A DNA stretch of 63,067 nucleotides, filler included, from Octopus bimaculoides (lineage: Eukaryota), in assembly GCF_001194135.2 (NCBI RefSeq). It is 6 parts of 6 records of this genome, joined end to end, with 100 filler letters (N's around TTAATTAATTAA, not from the genome) between each part and the next. Parts side by side here need not be neighbours in the genome. Positions count along the whole stretch, not along the records: positions 49,794 to 59,579 come from NC_068987.1; positions 59,680 to 63,067 come from NC_068982.1; 4 more parts are not named here. One strand, given 5' to 3'. The first letter of the stretch is position 1, and every line of letters begins with the position of its first letter. The notes under the pieces were generated by a model. That model saw only the letters and a program-made list of their open reading frames with translations, was not told where the DNA came from and did no database searches. The position numbers were made by a program, and so were the translations under genes. This document shows positions 52,724-63,067 of this stretch, in pieces.

Positions 52724-53770
52724 TGTATGTATGTATGTATATATATATATATATATATANNNNNNNNNNNNNNNNNNNNNNNNNNNNNNNNNNNNNNNNN
52801 NNNNNNNNNNNAAAATAATCGAAAATATATCAACACTATTCCAATCGAAGTTCTAATATTATGTTGAAATGAAACTATAACTCCTAAATAATATAGTGTT
52901 AAATAAGTTATCTATTAAAATAATCTATAAAGAACCAAATGAATAGTATAAAAACAAGAATACATATTATTTTCAAATAGTAGAAAATCTTTAGCAAAGT
53001 GAAAACAGTACTTATCCAAATTTTTCGAGTTTTTTACCTGTAATTTTGGATTTTGTCCCTAATAATATTATTATATATATATATATATACATATGATAAG
53101 TAGAATGTGCGTAGCGTTACATTAAATAATGTTCTCAAAATTTTACAGAAACGCAACAGACGGAAAATTCATATACGAAACATACCTAATTCCTCATCAG
53201 TCATCATCCAAAGGCTCATAACAATTTCGCGCCTTTAACAATGATATTGTTCACCTTTGATGACACCAGCGGCGAGAAACCACTGGGAAGAGCTAACCAG
53301 CGTACAAAACAATAATGATAACAGTTACGATAAAATGTGGATATGCGAACAAAAATAAAATAATTATGCATATACGACGAAAAGAGGTTGTGCGGCTGTA
53401 AGTTGTACCTGTGGGGAGTAACGCAACGGAAAATGTCCTGTAGGACTGGAAACGAGAAAGAGATAGATGGAAAGTAGAACAAAAGGTGAAGGAAACATAC
53501 CGTGTAAAAGGAGTGGAGGAGCACAGAGAGGCGTGACTAATCGAGTCTAAGTTGAGGCGAAAAAGGAAATGGACAAGATATAAATGGTCACAGGTCATGC
53601 AGTAGTGAAAGGAGAGAGAAAGAAGTAACACAGAGGAAAGTGTTAGAGAGGGAAAGCGAGAGGGAGGAAGGCAAAAAAGAGAGACAAAGAAAAAGAAAAG
53701 ACACAGAAAAAGACGTCTCATAAAATATATTTTACTGAATATTTTACTGAATGAGGAAAACATAAGAAGA

Positions 53771-54280
53771 ACAGAGGCCTACATAAAGTGCATAGAGGAG
53801 GTAGTGCTGCCCTGAGGCAAGAGAGTGGCTACTGGAAGACCCTATATCTGGCAACAGGACTCTGCACTTTGCCACACAAGCAGGAGAACCCACTCGTGGC
53901 TGTCAGACAATTTTTGCGACCACATCAATCCTAACATCTGACTTCCTAACTCCCCAGACTGCGACCCCGTTGATTATTATGTGTGGAGCAAAGTTGAACG
54001 AGAGACCAATAAAACACTTTGTAACGCCAAAGATGAACTGAAAGCAAGGATTATGGCAACATTGACCAACTTAAACAAGGAGACCGTCCACAAGAGTTGC
54101 AAGAGATTCTGAAGTCGTCTGGAGGCTGTGGTTGAATCCAACGGGGATTTTATTAAATAAATTTACTCTTTAGTATTTCAAGATATTTTTATGTAATTTT
54201 GGTAAATATATCTGTTAAAATGAGATATCAGTGTTATTTTCATTTCTGTGTAATTTAGACGAGAATGTATTCATTGCATA
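53771..54280 (+). mobile_element. 3' fragment of a maT/DD37D-type Tc1-mariner transposon
   Basis: RPYIWQQDSALCHTSRRTHSWL...PNSPDCDPVDYYVWSKVE...SRLEAVVESNGDFIK*. Confidence 0.82.
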
Positions 54281-54366
54281 TACATATACATAATAATAGT
54301 AATAGTACGACAACAAAAGAATGAATGAGACCACGATATTATGTAAATAGAGGAATTTATCTGTAA

Positions 54367-54618
54367 TATAATATGTGACAATTATTCGGTTGCCATAACA
54401 AAATTCCGAGTTTCGAATGTCGGGGCGGAAATCTGCTCCGGCATCTCGTCAGCTATTAAGACAGACAAAAATACATTTTGTTCCTCGTCAGTTATTAAGA
54501 CTAACAAAAATTCATTTTTGTTTGTCTTAATAACTGACGAGATACCAGAGCAGATTTCCGCCCTGACATCCGAAACTCGGAGTTTTATTATGGCAACCGA
54601 ATAATTGTCACATATTAT

Positions 54619-54619
<1 letters not shown>
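54367..54619. repeat. ~250-bp imperfect palindrome (fold-back/MITE-like)
   Basis: The arm TATAATATGTGACAATTATTCGGTTGCCATAA...TAAGACA is mirrored at 54520-54619. Confidence 0.9.
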
Positions 54620-54660
<41 letters not shown>

Positions 54661-55059
54661 ATATATTCTTTTGTTTTTCTACTTGTTTCAGTCATTCATC
54701 ATACACACACATACAAATCGACCCCAGGACTTATTTTTTGTATGCATAATACTTATTCTATCGGTCTCTTTTGCCGAACTGCTAAGTTACGGAGATGTAA
54801 GCACATCAGCATCGGTTGTCAAGCGATGATGAGGAGATAAACACAGACACACACGCACATAAATACATATACATATGTACACGACGAGCTTCTTTCAGTT
54901 TCCGTCTACCAAATCCACTCACAATGCTTTGGTCTGTCCGAGACTATAGTAGAAGACATTTACCCAAAGTGCCACGCACTGGTACTGAACTCGGAACCAC
55001 GTGGTTGGGAAGCAAGCTTTTTACCACACAGCCACGCCATATATACCCTATATAATATT

Positions 55060-55198
55060 TTCTTCTCTAGGCACAAGGCCTGAAAATTTTGGGGAGATGC
55101 CAGTCGATTAGATCGACTCAAGTACGCAACTGGTAATTAGTTTATCGACCCCGAAAGGATGAAAGGCAAAGTCGACCTCGGCGGAATTTGAACTCAAA
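55060..55198 (-). mobile_element. 5'-truncated Meta-type SINE with a 19-bp TSD
   Basis: ATATACCCTATATAATATT at 55041-55059 and 55199-55217. Confidence 0.88.
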
Positions 55199-55250
55199 AT
55201 ATACCCTATATAATATTGAAGCAAGTGAATATTATATATGGTAATATATA

Positions 55251-56640
55251 CAAACCCCTGCAAAAATTATGGGAAAACTTCACTTCGAGAGTTTTCATCC
55301 AGTTTTAGCTTACTTCGTAGCACGTCAACAAATCATAGATATGACACAAAACAAACTTTTCTTTAATAGTTGAACATTTTGATTGTTTAAAACCTATTCT
55401 ATGAGTTAAAATAAATTACGCTAATTAACGACCTTCTTTTACTCAAGATCCAGTAAGGGGGGAAATTATGTAATCAACTTGTAATTTGCACCTCTAAATA
55501 AATGCTAGCATAAATTTAAAGCTGCAAGTTAGTCCGTAGTTAAAAGGGAATGATTACAAATATTATCGAGCTATTAGTTTTGTCTAATTGAAAGGAAACA
55601 TGGCTCCAACGAGAGAGTTGTCAACTGAAACGATGGAAAGAGTCATAAAGCTACTTCATGAAGGAAACCCCACATGGAGTAGTGTCAGTCACAAAAATAT
55701 GTTGACTCTGTCTTCAGTCAGATGAGCCTAAATCTAGGTTGATGTATAAACATATTTGGAAGGTTACGAAGATAACAAATAAAAGTAGAGTACAAACGAT
55801 GTGGAAGTGTCAGGATGGAAAATTCCTTAAGGATAGATGATGTATGAGTCATCAGGTCCCGACCGCAGGAATGGTAACTGCCCCGACAGGATAACCCTCT
55901 TTCCATTCAAGAAAGGTAGATCTCTAGTCTGAAATACAACGTGCTTGCTACGACACGTTCTCTGGCTTCAACCTTGCACAATCGGTTTCAAACCCAGGTA
56001 TCACCGCTTGTGAAGCGGAGGAGAGAAAAATTAATAAGTACAGGAGCCTGGCCCATCGCCGACGAGACGCCGGGTATTCTAGGACCCCGTACTACCGATT
56101 TCTTCCGCAAAACAGGAATGACGGCGGGCCGTCGAAGAAATGAAGCTCATGTGGTGGAGTGGCTGCTACAGTATGCGTCGCTGGCCATTCTCCGCGGCAA
56201 CGCCACCGCGATCATTACCGCGGAGCGCAGTTGAGCACCCCACTTGTTCTGGGATATACGGCCGATCGACCCCACCTTCATCTTCCGCTGCTTTACCCCC
56301 ACCTTTTTCCTTTTCTTTCTTTTTCTTTTTTATCTCTCTTCTTTCCTGTTTATTTGTATTTAAATGTTCTAATAAAACAAAGATGTTCCCAATAGACAGA
56401 AACAGGATGTTTCTGGCAGAACTCGATTGAATGAAATAGGAACTGCGTTCAGAGAAGTCAAACCAAAACTAGTATTACGATCTAAATAGAAAACATGAGT
56501 TACTGTAGATTAAACAGAAGCAGTTATAGAGTATGGAGGATTTGTTAAAAGTCATATTCAGTGATGAATTGCAAATCTACTTCGGCCGAGGAGATAATGC
56601 TGGAATTTTTGTCTGAAATCTTTCTTAAGAAAGATATAAA
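55251..56640 (+). mobile_element. Decayed Tc1-like transposon interrupted by a CRE-clade LINE
   Basis: TA|CAAACCCCTGCAAAAATTATGG end, MAPTRELSTETMERVIKLLHEG at 55600, and RLNEIG and KVIFSDE after the insert. The right end is not defined. Confidence 0.72.
55845..56375 (+). mobile_element. 3' fragment of a CRE-clade non-LTR retrotransposon (restriction-like endonuclease)
   Basis: PDRITLFPFKKGRSLV, DTFSGFNLAQSVSNPGITACEAEERKINKY, ETPGILGP and WLLQYASLAILRGNATAI*, then a pyrimidine-rich UTR and AATAAA. Confidence 0.82.
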
Positions 56641-56914
56641 CAATATCGCTGCTTAAAAAATATCACATTTCTTCGCTAATTTATATGAGGTTGTATGTGA
56701 GGCAAAAGAAGAGAGGAGATGGTGATCATTGATCATTACTTCAACAATCAATGCATGGGGTTTCATAAAAAGTTTTGGCACTTTTCTCGTTACATCGATA
56801 TAAAGCAGGATTGGTGATGACGAAGTCATTGCTCAAGATTTTAATCTTGCCACAGAACGAACCCTTACACAGACAAACACACACACACACCACACACAGA
56901 CGCATCTATATTTT

Positions 56915-56989
<75 letters not shown>

Positions 56990-57924
56990 GTGTGTGTATG
57001 TGTTTTATAGTAAATTCTAGCAATAAAAACGAAACACTGTTGGCACACCAATAATTTAATGTTCGCTCAAACTGTCTAAAAAAGTACTAAAATATGCAAA
57101 TCGTTCTTCCCAATTTACTTTTAATCTCTAATGTTAGTGGATTTATACGTCATACGTTTGGGAAGAGATAAACAAGGTACACAGTTGCTGATGAGGATTC
57201 CAGCAAGAAACAAAACGTACACACAGCTTTTCTCTCATTTACTTTTCACGAACATATTGAACAGACGCATTGTTTACATTCTTCGTTACACAGTGCTGAA
57301 TGAAAGACATCTATAGATATGTACATGACAGCAATTAAACTAAACTCTGTTATAAAACGCCAGTAATTTAACATATCTGTGTGTGCATTATTAACATCAG
57401 GAAATACACCGTTCTAAACAAGAAAATTGCAGCAAGTGATAATGGTGTCAAACGTTGCATCCAGACCATCATATAATTTGTTTGACATTGCGTTTTTATT
57501 TTTCTCTTCCGTTTTACGAATTCAGTGTGCAGGCGCGCATTGCATGTTCATACTTCTCTTTTCGGTTCCTACTCAAAAGTTTACAGATCACAACCATCTC
57601 ACGAACCTGCAGTCGTTAGCAGCGCTTCACGCTCCGGTGATTGCGAAAAAACATTACTCCACGTTCTCGAAATTTGGAATTCTCGCTGATAAGCATAAAC
57701 TTTCTAAAACGGATAGAGAAATTCGAAGTATTGCTTTGCTTCAATAGTAGAACGCCTCTCATGCTTACAGGAGATGTAGGTTCGAGTTCCACTGGCAGCC
57801 TTTGACTTTTCTATCCAAATAGTATTTAAGCCGATCCAGGGATCTCTACTACACTCTACTTAGGTAATGAATACTCCTTCGCCGGATCGTTACTCAACAA
57901 CGGGTATATATATTTAAAAATTAT

Positions 57925-58335
57925 GTATAGGGTTAAGTTGATTACATCAACCCCAGTGCTCGACTGATACTTATTTTATCGACCTCGAAAAGATGAAATG
58001 CAAAATATCCTCGGCAGAATTCGAACACAGAAAGAAAGATGGACGAAATGCCGCTAAGTTAACTGTCAGGCATGCTAAAGATTCTACCACCGCGCCACCT
58101 TAAACCTTAAAATATTGGTTTCAAATGTTGGTACAAGGCCAGCAATTTCGGGGGGTGGACTAAATCGATTACATCGACCCCAGTGATCAACTGGTATTTA
58201 TTCTATCGACCTCGAAAAGATGAAAGGCAAATCGACCTCGGCAGAACTTGAACTCAGAACGTAAATACGGATGGAATGCCGCTAAGTATTTTGTCCGGAG
58301 AGCTAATGATTCTACCAGCTAGCTGCCCTAAACCT
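57925..58335 (-). mobile_element. Two tandem Meta-type SINEs
   Basis: Repeated core ATCGACCTCGAAAAGATGAAA. TAAACCTTAAAA flanks the second copy (58101-58112 and 58329-58340). Confidence 0.78.
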
Positions 58336-58593
58336 TAAAAATACTTAAATTTAAAAACTATCATGTCTAGAAACATGTCATTTTGATAGGAAAATATTTT
58401 AACTAGATTTAGGGCTGTGGAATGATAGAATAATAGAAGTGGTGGACAGAATACTGCAGGACATTTTGTCTCTTTACGTTCTCCGTTCAAATCCCACTGA
58501 GACCATTTCTATCTTACGTCCTTTCTGATTGATAAATTAAATACCAATCAAGAACAAAGGTAGATTTAATCTACCCCAGATTATGTGCCATAA

Positions 58594-59114
58594 CTCTTCG
58601 TGGGCCGGTGGGGGTCCCTTGGGACCCCAGCAACTTTTAAAAGTTATGCAACTTTTACATTTTTTATTTAATTGATTTTATATCTAATGACTTTAATTAT
58701 CAATAGTTTATGTATGCACATACAAATTTTGAGTTAAAAATTTCCAGTCATATGGATGTTATAGCATAAAATATAGTCATTGGGGTCCAACTGGACCCAA
58801 TTGGCCTTCTTTGAAATTATTTTTTTCCTGTTCATTTTTCAGATGTTCTGATGAATTATAAGTCAATTTTCTTTGTATTTGTACTGGTATGAATCGATAT
58901 GCTAAATAATTTTTTGTTTTATTTTATATTTAGTGCTATATGTATAGTTTATAAAACTAAAAGAAGTAGTAAATTTCTTGTTCTCTATCATGCACTCACA
59001 CATATATACAAGATTAAACAAATATTACTTTATGAATAGTGCGGAAATGCACAAAAATAAAAGGGGACCCCAATGGCCTTTTGTGTTATTCCAACCCCGC
59101 CGACCCACGAAGGG
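58594..59114. mobile_element. piggyBac-type MITE (521 bp)
   Basis: TIR C(T/C)CTTCGTGGG(C/T)CGG(T/C)GGG, with TTAA on the right and ATAA on the left. Internal GGGGTCC/GGACCCC repeats. Confidence 0.75.
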
Positions 59115-59579
59115 TTAAACAGGTTCTTTCAACATTTATCTCTTTGGGACTTGAGGGACGGAACCTTACCCTTGCCGCAGAGCTTAAGTGAGATCAACAG
59201 AGCTTCGTTTTATTTTATATTAACATTTACAAACATACATACACACAACATACAAATATTCACGCTCTTACGATAGCATAAATCGCACACACACGTTTCA
59301 TTGTGAGTATACTTATCCTTGCATGCGTGTGTATGTGTGTATGCGTGTGTTTGTGGGGACATGTGTGTCTATAAAATTCACAACTACATATAAATCAGTG
59401 GCATGAATATAACATCGATTGTATAACCGTCAACACACACGAATGCAAACTCACAGACACATGTACGCTTACAAATACGTACAGTCGTACATATCACATA
59501 CATATACAAACACATCAGCACACTTAAGCGCTATAAATATAACGAAGGCTGGACAGCCATCTACATATATATATATATA

Positions 59580-59679
59580 NNNNNNNNNNNNNNNNNNNNN
59601 NNNNNNNNNNNNNNNNNNNNNNNTTAATTAATTAANNNNNNNNNNNNNNNNNNNNNNNNNNNNNNNNNNNNNNNNNNNN
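59580..59679. other. Artificial assembly spacer
   Basis: 44 N + TTAATTAATTAA (59624-59635) + 44 N. Confidence 0.95.
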
Positions 59680-61914
59680 CCTGCGTAAAATACTGTCTAT
59701 GTGATCTCAAATTTTAAAGCAAACACATAATTTTCTTATGGTTTCTTAAACATTCACTTGAACAAAACTGTACAAATCCAAATATATGGTACCCTAGGCA
59801 TAACACCTACATGAACTTCTAACTTGTTGTCTCTTGAGGTCTCTGGGTGAGACTTGGATCCAACTTGTACAAATGCAAAACAAAAGTCAAACATAAAATA
59901 ATAATAATATTCTATTTGTGGTCATAATGTGAATAACTTTCATCCAAAGAAGTTCTGTTTCATAGTATCTAGGCAGATTGTCATTTTTCTGTCTACCGGG
60001 ATATAAAATATTGGGTGCTTATCACTGGTCCGGTGGTTATATATAAGTGAGTCTAAATTTATATCTTATATATCAAACTGAAAAGAAAAAAAACACTATT
60101 TTCCTTAAACAAGTAAGTCATTAATCTATATCGATATATCTTGTGTAGAACAAGATCCCCGTTGATAGGCCGTTGATATTTGTAGTGTTAAACACTTTCG
60201 GTATGCAAATTAGGCAATCCTTCATAGAGTAACTGCTGCATTTGTTGAGTATATTAACAATTTGGTTGCCTTTTTCTCTGTAGATTGTCAAAATGATGTG
60301 GACGCCTCTGATGATAACAAAATAAAGTTCGAAAATCGATTAAAGCTGTTCATCATTTTTTTTAGTCTGCGAAAACTAGCTAAAATTTGCCCCGTTCACA
60401 ATTATACCATATGTTACATAATATATGTAAGTAAGATTCCCCAAGTAAAATCAAATACTACTACTACATTCTAATAACAGACTTTTAAAAATGCTATTCA
60501 TGTAATTGTTCACATTCTAGCTGGCTTTAAATCTTGCTTTTGTTTTGAAGAACACTGCCTTAAAATGTTAATATCAATTGCTGAAAATATTTCTATAGAA
60601 ATGTATCTAAGAATTTGTACATGGACAGCTTAATTTCTCAAACTTATAGAATCTGCTTGTGAACAAAGACAATGCTGATGGCCAAAATTGGTTCAGACAT
60701 ATCTAAAGTTACAGTACTACCTGGTAGAACAGTTAACTAATTTAAGAACAAGCTTGTGATATCGTAGCCCATTTAAGTAAGGTGTTGCTATTAACCGCGA
60801 TGTATCCATAAACAAGATGATTATCTACTATCTCTTGAAGGAATGTGGCCAGATAATATTAGAAAGTTATGAGATCTTTTACTACTTTTATCCGTTTTTA
60901 GGATATTTAACAGAGCAGGGCCTTTTGTGGGAAATAATTGTGCCGCTATGTGTTTCTATGTTGTGAGCTTTAACTGTGTAGGATGTGTAGGTGATGGAAT
61001 CTCAACCTTGCATGAATTGAGAACTTGATATTAACCCATATTTACTTGTGGTTGCGTTTTTGCAACACAAGACATGAACTCGCATATGAAGTGTTCACTA
61101 GGTACACGACACCTGTAGATAACAGCTGCATACTCTCCTTCTCTTCCAGATTGTGAAAGCTTACCATAAAGTTTAATCTAAATACAGTGAAATTTTAAGA
61201 TCTATATTTTTATGGGCATACACGAGTTAAAATCTTTTCGGCAATGCTTATGGTACATTCTACACATTGTGCAAATGGCTATATGTGCGTTCAGACACAT
61301 GTATACACTCACGCATATTTCATAACTGAAGAAATCCAAGAATCCTGATGATGTATTTGTTGTATGTACTACATGCTTGATGCTCAAGTGTTTCTTTCTA
61401 GCCATAAACATCTGAGTCCGATACTTCATTTTGACAACTTGTGCCTATATCGAACGAAGCATTTGGGTTGAATTGATTAGAAGAAACTATGTGATAGACT
61501 GAATGTACTTGTATTTCATAAGTTCAGTATGTTCTTGCATATCTAGTCAAATTAATTCGGCTTTTAAGTTCCCTGTTTTAATGTCTGCGGAATATTAATT
61601 GACGCCTTCTTCTTTTAGTAGGTTCTAACTTAGGTACAATACGAGGTTATTAGAGTTGTATGTTATTGATTCGGAAGGGGCTCATTAAAATAATGTACCA
61701 GTCAAGTAATGTGGCCAGTAAAATCGACTGACTCCAGGCTCTCAACATTACAGGCCTTGTAGCTAAGTCATAAACTTAGAATTACTAAGCAAGGGACTAC
61801 AGTTGAAACTCGGCGCAATTTGGTCTCGGAAGTTCAAGAGTTCGGAAAAAACGTCACAAGAATTAATTCAAACGTTTTAATGGTCCGCCTTCTCGCTCGC
61901 TGCTTTATAACTTT

Positions 61915-62130
61915 TTAAGGGAGATGTTTTAAGGTGGTGAGCCCTATGAATGGTTAGTCTGTCAGGTAAAATGCTTAGCAGCATTTCGTCCGTCATTACC
62001 CTCCGAGTGAAAAATTCTACCGAGGTCAACTTATCTTTCATCCTTTCTAGTCTGATAAAATATGTACCGATCAGCTGAGCACTGGAGTCGATATAATCGA
62101 CTTACTCCTTAACAGGCACTTGCTGGTATT
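61915..62130 (+). mobile_element. Meta-type SINE
   Basis: TTTAAGGTGGTGAGC head, GGTAAAATGCTTAGC and TCATCCTTTC..GTCTGATAAAATA core. Confidence 0.65.
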
Positions 62131-63067
62131 ATCGTAAACAAACTGAATTATTTTAAAATATATATTTTGTTAGATCAAACAACTTAATACTTCTTGTAAA
62201 ATCTACGAAATGAGGGATCTATGGTAATAATGCACATCTTCAACTTAACAACTTCGATAAAGAACATATTGTAAAAGGAAGCTTAAATGTTTTATGTAGT
62301 GAGGTCTTCCGAAAAAAATAGTAATGGTATAAAAATAGTTGCATGGGAAGCAGAAGTAATTTCATACCAGATCTTGTAGAAGAGAAATGTAACAGACAAT
62401 ATAATTGAAAAATTCAGGGGAAACGTTTGTTGTGGACTGAGACTAATGTTAACTTACATTTCTACTCCTTTATAAGTCTGTTGCTGAATCTAAATCTAAG
62501 TGACAGTACTGAATGAATGTGTGAAGACGTTCTTTGTCGAATGTTAGATATTGTACGATATCATGCTTTATATTCAGCGTTAAATGGATACATTTCTTAT
62601 GAATTATTTAGAGTGGATACGCATTGCCATATTTCACACATCTGGAGTCTAGTGGGAAAATCTGTTTCATTAGAATGAATACATGTAGATGGCTTTACTG
62701 CTCGCAAGTATATTGCCTCTCTTAAAAATCACTTATTGGCTCCCAGTTCTGTTGATCTAGGAAACAGATTAAATCAGTGCACTAACAAGCAACTGAAATG
62801 ATGCCCTCTACTGGTAACTACTCAATGTCTGTTTATCAGATTGTATTTGTAACATTTTTACTCGACCCAAGACCATATGAGGAAAGTTATACCGAATAAA
62901 TGTGTTGAGAAATTGAACGTGAAAACAATTGGTTCGTAAGCAAACTCCTAATAAAAAAAAGACATATAAACATCAATAATTATCTGTAAAACAAGAAAAA
63001 TATCTGTAGAAAATGAATATTTCAAAAATTAAACTAAATAAAAAAACTATTACAAACTTTTTTTTTT

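Noticed and set aside
60150-61450. Faint THAP-like (RVPSEHF) and Harbinger-like peptide hints on the minus strand
   Set aside because: Too degenerate to support by eye. It would need a profile-HMM search.

Overview
Repeat-rich, gap-rich eukaryotic DNA. The SINE families, the (TA)n/(CA)n/(TATG)n microsatellite load and the AT content point to an octopus (inference). Five identical artificial spacers (44 N + TTAATTAATTAA + 44 N) split the window into six joined pieces: 1-19448, 19549-26081, 26182-41680, 41781-49693, 49794-59579 and 59680-63067. The first piece holds 14 in-frame + strand coding exons of a GIGYF1/2 orthologue (PEW/DDX6-binding motif, GYF domain, Q/P-rich region, start of the coiled coil). 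Its N-terminus lies upstream of the window and its C-terminus is cut off at the first spacer. No other host gene can be supported. The rest is decayed transposons: piggyBac, Tc1, mariner, maT, two Penelope-like lineages, R4/Dong, CRE, RTE, gag-only L1/Tx1-like elements and many tRNA-SINEs. The best leads are a 63-nt GIGYF cassette exon that repeats a motif of the preceding exon, tandem gag-only ('half-LINE') elements, a mariner derivative with two left ends that moved as a unit, an R4/Dong element sitting in (TATG)n, and Penelope copies with inverted terminal repeats and hammerhead relics. I found no convincing wholly new multi-gene system. All calls were made by eye, without database searches.
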